DNA of 64,000 bases from Anthoceros angustus (Eukaryota > Plantae > Anthocerotophyta), in NCBI GenBank assembly GCA_010909165.1, contig MU008169.1:1674001-1738000 (forward strand). Reading direction: 5' to 3'. Position 1 is the first letter of the stretch. Each line of letters begins with the position of its first letter. Position numbers and translations under genes: made by a program. This document shows, in pieces, positions 43,999 through 55,860 of the stretch. The notes beneath the pieces are model-generated. The model was given only the letters and a program-made list of their open reading frames with translations, had not been told where the DNA came from and searched no databases.

Positions 43999-46900
43999 AT
44001 GGCTCGGAAGAAGAAGAATTCTGGGAAAGACTCTACCAGGAAAAAGAGGACGGGCGATGTGCCAATCGTTGAGCTCTCCGGTTGTAAATATGAGATCCTT
44101 CGTCAGGTCTTGAAGAAGCACGGTTGGGATGAAGCTGGTGAGAATGAGAAGAGCTGGCACCTCCTCTGGACAGGTGCAACATCATCCACGAATGGCGGCT
44201 CAGTACTCTTTCGTATGTTGTGATGGAGCAGTAGTTATTTGATTGGTAGCCGACTGATTTCGGTGAACGCTGCTGCAGATACTTCCATCGGTCCCGAAAA
44301 ATTGTTGCAACTCAAAAAGGGACAGAAGGTCAACCATTTCTATGGAATGCTGGAGATATGTCGGAAAAGGTCCTTGGCACGTAATCTTCTGACGATGCGA
44401 AAGTATGCACAGCCTTGTGCTTTTTCATGTTGACTGCTGTTTGCATTTTGCATCTCTCTCTCACATACTGTGTTGATTCGTCACCAAACAGGATGTTTCC
44501 TGCGCAATACAAGTTTTTTCCTCGTGCTTTTATTCTGCCTGGTCAGCTGCCATTGTTGATTTCAAGCTTCAACGTGCCGAGGGTTAAGACATTCATTTTG
44601 AAACCAGATAATGGCTGTCAGGTCCTTCTCCTTCCCTGAATCCCACTCGTTCCAAACCTCCTTAGTCCTAATGTGATTCTTGGAACCGCCCTGCTGTCAA
44701 CTTGCCACCCACTTAGGAGCAAGGGGAAGGATGCAGGCCGTAAACCCTTTAAATGACAGGATGCTTTTGTCATGTGCCGCCTTGTCAGTTCAGCAATTGC
44801 TAGAGTTCGTGTGCTCGAAATGACTCAACCGTTTGTTTGCAGGGACGGGGGGTTGTCCTGGTCCAAAGTGTTGCAGATGTGAAGGATGCTATCCAAGGAC
44901 TGAATGGAGCTAACTTTCTTGCACAGAAATACTTGACCAATCCAATGTTGTTGGATGGCTACAAGTTTGATCTTCGAATATATGCTCTCATGCTCTCATG
45001 TGATCCTCTGCGCCTTTATCTCTACAGGTTTTACCCTGAAGTACAAACTACTTATTACTTTCTACACGATGTCTCTGCAAGAACTGCCATTGTGGCGCAA
45101 TGTAATTACTTGTTTTGCTTGTTACCAGCTTGATCTGTCGATTTGTCACTGCTTGTGTCCACCTGACAAGTCCGAATTCTTGACACTATGATTCGAATAA
45201 GTGATCTGCTTCTATTCCAGGGAGGGTATTGCTCGTTTCTGTACAGAGAAGTACATGAAGCCAGATTCCAAGAACTTACGCCAGGCTTGCATGCATCTCA
45301 CTAACTACTCTGTTAACAAGTACAATCCCAAGTTCGAGTTCAACAAAAGTGAAGGAGAAACAGATCAAGGCCACAAGTGGAGTATGAGTGCATTGCTAAA
45401 TGCTTTGGCAATCCGTGGTTTTGACACAGCCAAGCTGCTGCGTCAGATTAGTCATATTGTCGTTATGACCATTATTCCCATCGTGCCTCTGCTGGTTCAT
45501 AACTACAAAACCTACTTGTCGGAGGATGAACAAGGAGATTCATGCTTTGAGCTTCTTGGACTGGATGTGCTTCTTGACGACAAGTGTAGACCCTGGTTGT
45601 TAGAGGTATGTCTCTTCTCCTTAAGTAGACACAGCGTACACACTCCTTCGTCCTGCCCTGTGAAAATCAGAGACGTACTGTTCAGAGTAACGTGTGATAA
45701 GCTTTGGACAAGGCTTGCATCCCTTGGCTTGTGATGTCCTGCTTGACGTTACTCTGAATGCTTCCTTGTGTGGCTTTGGACAAGGTTTGCATCCTTCGGC
45801 TTGTTATATCCTGATTGACGTTGCTCTGAATGCTTCCTTGTGTGCTCTGGATTCTGTGTAGGTGAACCATTCACCGTCTTTTTCGGTAGACACACCGTTG
45901 GATCGGTCTGTGAAAGAGGCGCTGATCAGTGACACACTTCGACTAGCTCACATAGATCCCTCTGTTATTCTCAAGGTGAGGCTCCAGGAGAAGAAGGTGT
46001 CGAAGATGAGGTTGTATGGGAAACCTGACAATGTGCCGACTCGAAGGTCGACTCCACAAGAAGGCAGTCACACACCTAGCAGTCAGAAACAGAAGAAGGC
46101 TAAAGACTTTGAGGCATTTGAGTCGGCAAACAAGGGAAAGTTTGAGCGGGTATATCCGCCAAGGGATGAAAAGCTGCAGAAACTATACAGTGTCTTGTTG
46201 GCTGGGTCAGAAGAAGCCTTCCAACGTTCTTTTGACATGAAAAACAAGGAGATCATATCCAAAGTACGTGAGGACCGCAGGCAAGAAGAACTCGAAAGGG
46301 ATGAAGCAGAGAGGCGCAAGGAGAAAGCCATTCTTGATGCCAAAAGAAAAGCTGCTCAAGAACGAGCAAGGCTCGTCGCCCAGATTCCCAGGGAGGAACT
46401 TGAATACAGTAGGCAAAGGGTGAACGCCTGTCTGGAGAGACTTGGGATGGATGGAGCATTGGCAGCAGACTTGAAAGGTGCATCAAAGGGGGAGCTGTAC
46501 AAAGCAGTTGTGAGACCACTAAATCAGCTTGTGCTTCAAAACACTCCCATAATATCTCCCAGGTTTCCTTTCCCACAACCACATAGCTCTTGTGCATCCT
46601 CTTCTAACCGCAGTGGCAACCTATCTCAAAGTGCTCACATTGTTGGGCTTTCCATCCGCGGGACTGGAACCTCAATAACTCCAGACCTGGAGATCGACGA
46701 AAGACAGAGGAGCTCATTCAGCAAGCTCCTGTCCAGATCGCAGGTATGGCAAGCAGGGAGTACTGGAGTCAGTCTGACTTGTGTGTGGTGTCCGCTGGTG
46801 TTACTCACTGTATGAAGCCTCTGTTGAACAGGATTGGGTACCGAGAGTTACAGAAGGATTTGAACCGGCTCACAGGCTTCCAACCCGTGCAAGTTTGGCC

Positions 46901-47649
46901 CCAATCGTAAATAAACCACACATACATGTCAAGTTCGAGGACATAGCATTGCTCAACAAGCGTGGGATGAAGTTGAAGCCAGAAGAGTTAGCTCAGAAAC
47001 TGGAGGAACTAGAAGCCATGACCAGATGTGAAAAGATAAAACCACAAGATCTTGGAGGAACAGCACCATTTGCTTACAAGACAGAGCCACAGACACAAGT
47101 AAAAGGTCAGAAAACTCTAGAATCGAGTGGTACATTTGTAGTGGCTAGGCACGCAGACACTGATGAGGGAACGGCTGTCCACCAGAGAGTTTCTCACTTG
47201 AATTGCCACTCAGCTAGGCCTTACACTTTGCCTGCATTTTTGAACCCACTACTTCTCAAGGCCCCATTTCGAAGAAAGAGTTGCCATTCCAAGTGGGACC
47301 CAAGACTGATGACAATGGTTGGTCATTTGGCTCAAGACGGAGGCCCCCCCACTCCAAGTGTGTTTTGCCCAAACTTGAGGACTCCCCAGACTGGAGACTC
47401 ACACCCATGCCGCTTCCAACAACAATAGCAGAAATATTCAATAGCCCAGATGTGCAGACAAGGGTGGCCCTTGCTGCAGCACAGAGCTCAGCTTTTGGCC
47501 ATGACAGCCATTTGCATTATTTTCAGGCTGCACTAGCAGAAGCAGGAGCTATGCTGACAGCTTCAGCCAGCAAACAGTCGGAGCTTGCCTGTTTTGCTCA
47601 GCACGGAAAGCGCAGTCCAGTGCCACGGACTAAGACACCTTGGTATTAG
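43999..47649 (+). CDS. Tubulin polyglutamylase, TTLL6/7/13 family, multi-exon; 3' end uncertain
   Basis: CKYEILRQV...WHLLWT|D...QKVNHFYGMLEICRK...|TFILKPDNGCQ|GRGV...AQKYLTNPMLLDGYKFDLRIY|EGIARFCTEKY...MHLTNYSVNK...CFELLGLDVLLDDKCRPWLLE|VNHSPSFSVDTPLD. Confidence 0.92.
45701..45844. repeat. 72-bp intronic tandem duplication in the TTLL gene
   Basis: gctttggacaagg...tgaatgcttccttgtgtg starts at 45701 and 45773. Confidence 0.85.
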
Positions 47650-48755
47650 TGCTTGGCAACGGCGAGTTGCATGGTTTGAGGTCATTTTGCCAGCCATCTG
47701 GTGGAGGTACTCCATCGAAGTCTGGCGTTTCTTCCCAATGGCCTGGTATGATGTTATAATAACGTTACAACTCCGGAGCTTTGCTCAACACCAGGACCTT
47801 GTTTGCACCCTCCCCATGCACCAAGGCTGCAGAATGCTTCCACTGGCTTGCCTTACCGATCACCCGAACCGGTGGCTTCTGTAGCAACTTGGTAGGGATG
47901 CCCATCTGAAATGCAAGTCTCCTCTGTCCAGCATTTGGCTTCTGGGTATGACGGAAATCAGTACTTGATTTGGATAGGAGTTGTAGGAGGTGGTTTGTGC
48001 ACTCTGCAGTGAACCTAAGACTCGGTGACCAATCATCGCAGGGTCTTGCAGCATCTTGTGAAAGGGGCGAGTGGTGCAGACACGAAGACCCCTTGATCAC
48101 TGAGACATTGGTCTACAACAAGCAAGGATGCCACCAGACCTCCTGTGAACCTAAAAGTTTTTGGAGAAGACGAAAGTGCTGCAAGCTTGAAGCGTGCAAG
48201 GGATTCCTTGAATATCATGTTGACAGATGCTGGCCTGTCACAGATTCCTGTCACTTGTCCTGCCGAGCTACCTGCATGTCACGATGCATAAAACCACTCA
48301 GTTTCTGAACGCCCACTCCCAACAGCATCGTATTTCCATCGGACATGCATACCCACATCCATCATAACACTGAGGTGTACTCAATTTTGGGAAATGGCAT
48401 GCACACTGCTAGCTCTTCTACGGCAGGCTGCCATCTCGCATGCCAAGGCCGTCAGACCCAACACCGTGCTGTGGAACGACAATCCACTCCAAAGCATCGA
48501 CACAAGACACACAGTGGATGTATTGACAAGATAAAATAGCAAATTAGATAAAAACAACTTCGTCTCTGTAAGCAAGACCGCTACATATCTAACATAGGCA
48601 AGCAAAAGCCAAAGTGATTAATCATTCACTACCTATTAGATTCCTATTCTTTATGGAAAAACATTTAATTTTTTTATGGTGCTTCAGATAAATGTAGATC
48701 AGATCATCATATTTACCCAATAAATGTAAGTGAAATATCTATATGTTATAATAAC

Positions 48756-48953
48756 ACTCTTTTATATATATAATCTTTTTTTAGAATATCTTTAACATGG
48801 ATTCTATGGACACATAAAAAGTACGCAATGGTTGACTTAGAATCTGTTTTGTAATACTCTTTTATATATGTAACCTTTTTTTAGAATATTTGTAACATGG
48901 ATTCTATGGAACGCACAAAAGGTATGCAACTGTTGACTTAGAATCTGTTTTGT
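48756..48953. repeat. 100-bp AT-rich tandem duplication
   Basis: actcttttatatat...gacttagaatctgttttgt starts at 48756 and 48856. Confidence 0.85.
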
Positions 48954-50004
48954 TTTTGCTGTTGAAACCATTGCTATCTATAGACTAACTTAACTTAACC
49001 AGAATACCCAGGAGTCACGAATTAAAACTCTCACCCTACATTTGGGCTTCTAGCTCAAATTTAGCACGGCAAAGAATTCTCGAAACAGTGCAGTTTCTTC
49101 CCGCCAATCCTCCGAAACAATTCGGTTTCTTCTCGCTGATCCATATGCATCAGATGAAACCATAGCCTTCTAAATTAGACCAGGTTTGCCTCCTTGAATT
49201 GAAGCGTAGGAGAGTCGCTGCCTCCATAGTTGACCCAAGGTCAGTCTGCCGTTTCCTTGTTAGCCAGGAAGGAGAGAGTGCATCTACGATATGTCCCCTC
49301 TCCACAACCGCGCTCGTCTAGCGTGGCAACACGGGCACCGACTTCTCTGCTCCACACATCGGCTATCCCATCCCGACCACCGGATTGGGCTGCTTGGCTT
49401 GATAAATCCTAAAGCCAATGCCATGTGCCATGATGTTAGGTCGCGTACCCATGGGTGCACACATAGCACTTGGATTTTGCCTCTCTCATTAGAGGGTCAC
49501 GAGTTAGTTTTTGGTGTAGCGCTTTTGGTGCTTGGTGTACTCGGTAGTGAAGGAAGATTGCTTTTCTTTCTGTCAATGATGTCCAATCTTGAGCGATTGT
49601 GCTGTCGTTAGGGTGCCAGAGAAAAAACTTTGCAGCGCACACCTTTGCATGTCCGAAGTTCAATGTCTATTGGTGCCAACACTACAAAGTGGGCAAGCCA
49701 TTGCGAGTTCGCAGAAACGTGGTAGGCGATGCGATGGTGTTCAGCACTTAAATCCGCAATGGATGGGAACATGTGAGAGGTCATTGGATAGCCCACACGG
49801 AGGCGCGGAGCACCCCATTTCTACAAAATTAATAGATCATCCATTCGGCATCTAGAAATTTCGGAGCGCATTCATCCTAAATATCTTCGGAAGCAAGCCA
49901 CGATCCTTCAATTGTTCTGGGATTAACCCCAAATTGCCGAATGCACTCAAATTGAGCCTTTTGACCATTTCTTTACCATTATATACAATTTTTGTATCAC
50001 ACTA

Positions 50005-50750
50005 GTTCATGTTAAGGTTCCTTTACATTACCAAAAATAATTGAAAATGTTTGATCATTATATCTCATTGAAACGCAAAAGAATCTTAAAAAAAACTCAT
50101 TAACCGCATCGAGAGCCATTACAAGGGATATTTTATTAAGGTGAAAAAATGATGGAAAGAGCCCATCCATGAGGGGACAACCAAAGACGACCCGGGGGTC
50201 GAGGTGGAGAGGAGCAACTAAACTCCCTACCTAAAGTCACCTACTGCACCCACAATGTCATATGCAGGAAGAATAAATTCTTTGGACCCGAGGGTCGAGG
50301 TGGAGAGGAGAAACTGAGCTCCCGACCTAAAGTCACTTACTGCACCCATAATGTCATATGCAGGAAGAATAAACGGCCTGCAAACCATGGAGGTAGAGCC
50401 ATTACTACCTTGTTACTTATCCGATGGTCCAAGTTTTTGATGCCTTAGAAAGGCCTTTTCTTGGACTATGTGTGCTATTGTTTTCAAACAAAAAAAAAGC
50501 ATAATAGTTTGAAAAATGTAATAGTTAAACTCCTTTTTTTTTTTTTTAAAAACCTTTCCAAACCATCAAACCTTTTCCAAAGCATTCAAAATCTGGACCA
50601 TAGGATTAGTATGCATGCAGTAATGGCATTCATTTCTTGAGAAGTTAATGAGTTTTTTAATCGATTCTTTTGCGTTTGGAGCGAATATTATAGTTAGAAT
50701 TTTTGAACTTTTCTTTCTCTAGTGTAAAGCACGGAACCTTGCACAATAGG
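50005..50750. mobile_element. Foldback/MITE-like element with long imperfect inverted arms and a secondary insertion
   Basis: gaaacgcaaaagaatc...aaactcattaac (about 50070-50104) is inverted at about 50645-50680; ccattac...atggtcca...aagg (50399-50455) is inverted at 50571-50626. The insert 50123-50394 is flanked by the 11-bp direct repeat agagccattac and holds a 96-bp x2 repeat (50189-50373). Confidence 0.65.
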
Positions 50751-51432
50751 CAACCTTAATTTGATTTCTTGTCATACATTGTTTTGTCCAAAGAGAGGCA
50801 TAAAGAGGGGCAAAGTCTCACATTGAGATCCCTGGTCAATCTAGGGATAATTTAGTTAGTATAATCCTATACTACTTTATAAATTGAACTAGTTCTATTT
50901 TGTATCCTCTAGTTCGATATGCTTACAAAATGTGGATAAATCTTTGTATAGCATTGACGTGGAATAAATTATGGATTTTTCAAACAAGGTTACAGGTACT
51001 TCTTCTAATGTCATTACTAATTGCTACATTTTCAGACTCTACCTATGGTTAGTTGACTTTCTTTCAACATTTGTACATCTAACATTTAGACACTCTTGAA
51101 ACATGAAAGAGAATACTCTCCTTTCAAAATTGTGCACCTAACTTTCAACCAAGTTTGGAACTTAAGAGAGAACGCCTAGATGGATGGTGGTTGTAGTTGT
51201 CATCATTTTATTCATTTGCTAGTACATTTGGGATTGTGTCAGCACATTTATCTATATCTCTATAGCGACATGCAAACCTGAATCATTTATTACGTGGACT
51301 TGATTGTGCATTTAATTCAAAGTAACCCCCTTGGGCTTTTTACATTTGGTGGTCTCCGTAAACCTTTTATAAATTTTCTTTTTACAACAAGAGATGAGAA
51401 GTACCGCATCCTGCATCCTGGCAGTGATTCTA

Positions 51433-51562
51433 CTCCAGGGTGCCTGAGTGTGGAGTTTCAATGGAAGACAAAGAAGTCTGTACAAGTCCACTTGGACTCT
51501 AGGGTGCTTGAGTGTGGAGTTTCAATGTAAGACAAAGAAGTCTATAAAAGTCCACTTGGACT
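51433..51562. repeat. 64-bp tandem duplication
   Basis: agggtgc(c/t)tgagtgtggagtttcaatg...aagtccacttggact starts at 51437 and 51501. Confidence 0.85.
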
Positions 51563-52728
51563 AAGCCATGTCACTCCTAAAGAGAGGGCAAACCTCCATA
51601 TTTGTACCTTGGCTATTTTAACAAGGTAAAGTCCAAAATGCGATTGAACATGCTTGTCATCAAGATGGTTTGAAAAGCCTTCTCCAATCACCCCTTATAA
51701 CTTTTTGGGAACTCTAAATGTGTATATTTAAAATAATTTTTAAGTTTAAAATGTTGGATTTTCTAATTCTGATAACTTGATCTTTATTTAATAATTATAT
51801 TATATATGGCATCTAAATTTATCATTATAAAACATATTCTTACTAAAATGTTGGTGAGTTAGTTATATAGGTTGGTCGTAAACTATATAGTCCAAGTTTT
51901 AACTTCATTCGGGTGGAGAAGGGTCGTGGAAGTGCGATGGTGCGTGGTGGAGTGGCAGTACCGGAGTGAAGTGGACAAAGGAAGCGATTCCGACGGTGTC
52001 AGGAATCAGAGTGTGCGACCCCGCTTGACCTCCACAAAGCCAGCTAATGGCACACACCGTCTTGCCCAGAAGCAGCCTGCTACTGCAACTGCAACCACTG
52101 CAATGGCGGCCTGACAGCAGCCGTGGCCAATCCAGGCCAGGACACCACACCCCACCAACCTGCCGGGTGTAAGGGCTGGGCGGTGTGAAGGGGCCTGTTT
52201 ATTGCACCAGACCTGGGTCATGTGACACGGCCATGGCAGTCCCTGTCAGGAGTACCCCAGAACAGAGCAGAGCAGAGCAGAGCAGAAGAGAGGGCTTCCC
52301 AGGACGCCCAGGGACAGCAAACAGCAGCAACCTGGAGCACGCGCTTTGGGGGCACAGGAATGATGATGGCGTTCTGCACTGCACTGCCCTGCCCAGCCCA
52401 GCCGGCCGTCGGCCCGGTCCTTGCCGGGGTCCGCTGACACAGATAGCGACAAGGCGGGGGGAGAGATGTGGAGCGCATCGCTTCTCAGTCCTGGGAGGGT
52501 GCCAGCTGGGGGCAGCGGTGGGCAGTGATGAGAGAGCTCTGCTGCCGGGGAAGGCAGCAGGCAGGCGCAGGAGAGAGAGGTGCTCTGCCCTGCAGCTGCC
52601 GGGAAGGGAAGGGAAGGGAAGGAAGCTTAGACCGGGGAGGATGACGCAAACACGGAGGTGGTGGAGGAGGACGACGCGCTCTCGAGGCTCCCCTTCGCTT
52701 CCTGGCTCTGCTTACTGCCCTCCCGACC

Positions 52729-54290
52729 ATGGTGAAGCTTCTGGTGCCGCTGCTCCTGCTGGCGATAGTGGCGTGGGCGCCCCTCGCCCAAGCCTCGCCA
52801 CCCACCGGGCTCCCCCTCGGCGGCCTCCTCGCCACCCACCGCCCACCTAAAATCCTCGTCAGCGGCCATGTCTTCTGCGACCAGTGCAGGATGGGGCTCA
52901 ACTCCCTCCTCACCGTGCCTCTTCAAGGTGAACTTCGCCTCCTTTCGTTGTCGGGCTTCCCAATGCTGATGCCCCGTGTGTGTGTGTCTCAATTGGGTAT
53001 TGGGTGGTGCTCTTGTTCGTTGTTGTCGGCATGTTCGATGTTCCATGCTCTTCGTTTGTTGCCACCCTGTAGAGCAGTTTGGGCTCTTGTTGGTAGCTTG
53101 TTTGTGAATACATTGCTGTGTTGGTTAGCTTGTTTCTGGATCCGGTCCTTTCCAGTCTTCGAGAATGCACTGATTCATGTGCTATGCCTTTGTAAGCTAG
53201 TGTTCGTTTGGAATGTCAGCATGTAACAGCCTTGGTTTGGTCTTCATTGTTGTGTAGCTTGCATATGAAACCTGCTCTTTGGATCCAGTCTTCCAATGTA
53301 TGGAACTTTCATGTGCCTCTTAGTCTATTTCTGAATCCGGTGCTTTCGTGTTGCAACATGGAGTCATCAGTTTAGTATGCTTGTTTGTGCGCTTGTTTCT
53401 GTTCCAGCTTTCAACACCTGTTAGGCGTCGTTGCCGGCTTGCGAAGCCACAGGCTCCTGACGAAATTGTGGGTGTGGGTGTGTGGGTGTCTCAGATGCCG
53501 AGGTGGGAGTCACGTGCGTAGATGTGTACGGCTTCGTCACGTACAATGCAGTGGGCTACACGAGCAACGACGGGGCGTTCCAGATACCTCTGGACGATTT
53601 GCCGCTCATCTATGGAGTGAAGGGGTGCAAAGCGCATCTGGTGTCATCCTCCGACTTCCAGTGCAACATGGCCTCCTCTGTTGGGGGAGGGAACTCCGGG
53701 GCCAAGTTGGTGCTGAATTCCCGGTCTCTGGAAGAGGTGATATTCACCTCGGGACCATTCGCTTACCGCCCATCAAAGCCCCTGCTTGTGTGCTCCCACT
53801 CTCCTCCCCCTCCAAACCCAACACACCATAACCACATCCCTGCCCCTACCGGTGGTGCTGTGCGTAGGATTCCAAACCCACCACCAGTTCCCCACCACTT
53901 GATGTCTCCTCCTCCTTCACCACCATCTCCACCTACAAATCCCAAGTACAGGTTTCCTCCCCCTCCTGCCTCTGGAGTGCACAAGGCCATCCCTCCTCCT
54001 CCTCACCATGCTGGGAAGCAAAAGGGCAAGTCCCCTCCACCTCCTGAGAAGCAGAAGCAAGTGGGCAATACTTCCCTCCTCCTCCTCCTCCTCCTCCTCC
54101 TCCACACCATGGACACGAAGGGCACAAGTCCCCCCCTCCGCCATCTCCTGGACAGGTTTACCACCCTCCCCCTCCACCACACCACGGCCACCAAGGGAAG
54201 ACGTCACCCAAGTCCAAGCCCAAGCCCAAGCCCAACAAGAAGCCTGACAAGCCCCCGTTGCCGGCTCCACCACCCAACTTCCGGAGCTGA
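52729..54290 (+). CDS. Pollen Ole e 1-domain / extensin-like proline-rich cell-wall protein; intron 52928-53494; apparent 1-bp frameshift at about 54063
   Basis: Signal peptide; VSGHVFCDQC; DAEVGVTC...GAFQIPL...CKAHLVSS...C; then SPPPP/His-Pro repeats. Adding one G to ggg at 54063-54065 continues QYFPPPPPPPPP...KPKPKPNKKPDKPPLPAPPPNFRS*. Confidence 0.88.
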
Positions 54291-54751
54291 GCTGGTTCCA
54301 AGGTGGCCAGGCAAGCTCAACGAAAAGCTGCCTCCTCGCCTGACGGCATGGCTGCTCCTTACATGCGCAGCCAGTTATGTCATCGTTGCTTGCAGAAGCT
54401 GGAGCCAGTAGTATAGGATAAGGTGCCGGGAAACCGTCTTTCTGCGAAGTGGGAAGGCAACAAATTTGTGTGGCCCGTTACGGACTAGCCGTAAAAATGT
54501 TTGTATGGCTCACAGCCTGTAACGCTCTTGGCTCATCTGAAGCACACATTTCCGACATGTCCGTGTGCCAGCCAAGTATACTGTCTCCGGGTGTGCGTTC
54601 TATCCAATGCCATACTGCTCATTGTCTTCAGTGGGAGCAACGTTCTGCGATTCTATCCTGCAGCCATAGAAACAATGCGAAACGTTAGCCTAACGTGGAC
54701 TGGTTACATTTCTAAGATTAAATAAGCTTTAGCCGAAGCTTTGACGGCTAC

Positions 54752-54823
54752 GGTCCCATAGTCTAGTGGTTAGGACACTGGACTCTGAATCCAGTAGCCC
54801 GAGTTCAAATCTCGGTGGGACCT
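54752..54823 (+). tRNA. trnQ-CUG: tRNA-Gln (anticodon CUG)
   Basis: GGTCCCA...TGGGACC acceptor stem; A box TAGTCTAGTGG; anticodon arm CTGGA-CT-CTG-AA-TCCAG (CTG at 54785-54787); T arm GAGTTCAAATC; TTTT at 54851-54854. Confidence 0.95.
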
Positions 54824-54892
54824 TGCAGCGTGATGATACCAATGTCAACATTTTGTGCACATGGACCCTGAGGGGCCGGTCGCTCAGGTCGG

Positions 54893-55160
54893 AGCGCCCT
54901 CCAAATCGAATCAACTTGCACTGAATGCCTCCATTTCGCGGAAGTAGTGCGGAGGGCCGAAATGCAATAGACTACAATCCGGGGCTCTTAGACAAGCGCG
55001 GCTTGCTGAAGAAGAAGAAGAAGAATGTTATTTAAGTCCTTAGTGCGCCCTCCAAATCGTAGTGCGGAGGGCCGAAATGCAATAGACTACAATCCGGGGC
55101 TCTTAGACAAGCGCGGCTTGCTGAAGAAGAAGAAGAAGAAGAATGCTATTTAAGTCCACT
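54893..55160. repeat. ~110-bp direct duplication, each copy ending in (GAA)n
   Basis: gcgccctccaaatc...gtagtgcggagggccgaaatgc...ggcttgct(gaa)n tg(t/c)tatttaagtcc occurs twice; copy 1 has an extra 35-nt segment. Confidence 0.85.
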
Positions 55161-55860
55161 AAGGAAGATTTCCGTCATGGGACTGAAATATGATAACTAT
55201 ATAGATTGTAGTAAAATTGTTTAGACTAATGTAAAGATAAAATTTAAATAAGATAAATAATCTTCAATCAATCAACAGTGTCAATGAAATTGCGTGAACG
55301 AGGGCCAAACACCACCAATTCATCCCCGCGAAAGAAAGCCACTTGACCTGCAGCACGAGCTGCTCTGAAAGTGGGTAACTTCTCCATCTTAGTCTACCAT
55401 TGCAATGGTGTAAGATCCTCATTGATATATAACTGAATTGTCCATAACATAGACCTAGCCGTCATAACCTGGAGGCGATCATCTATAGAGTGAAAAGTCA
55501 TAATCAATATGCGCTCCCTACTAGGATCCTTTCCAAGCCAGAAGACTCGAGGAACGACCACATCGATCTCTAGCCTATTGAGAAACTCCTTTGTAGCCAC
55601 AAGAGGTGCAACAATGTCATTACCAAGACCAGAAATTCTCAAGTTCAAAGTACGGCGAGCACGGTCCGTCGTCTCGGAAACAACTTCCGATATTGTGTTG
55701 CCACCAGAAGTAGCAGGGGGATCATTAATCCCTAGGAGGTTTTTACCAGTAAGCTTCTCCAAATATGTAGGTAAAACTTGTTTTGTTGAAGTGAAATAAT
55801 TTTCCAAATTTATGGCTTTATGAAGGCTCTCGGTTATTTGCCACCAGAGTCATGGTCATA
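55123..55860 (-). mobile_element. Non-LTR retroposon fragment: LINE ORF1-like gene followed closely by a stem-loop and (TTC)n tail
   Basis: ORF1-like RRM region RRTLNLRISGL...WLGKDPSRERILIMTFHSIDDRLQV...IQLYINEDLTPLQ (55394-55807). Past an internal TAG it continues ...FRAARAAGQVAFFRGDELVVFG to TGA at 55268. Putative 3' end agtcccatgacggaaatc...agtggact followed by (TTC)n at 55123-55143. Confidence 0.65.

Noticed and set aside
47700-49900. Scattered ORFs downstream of TTLL as an extra gene or transposase
   Set aside because: No recognisable family motifs and all frames are interrupted; cannot be supported without searches or RNA data.
54905-54926. Resemblance of cgaatcaacttgcactgaa to a sense-strand LSU rRNA segment
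   Set aside because: Only about 19 nt with mismatches, recalled from memory; no other rDNA sequence nearby, and the wrong polarity for a snoRNA guide.
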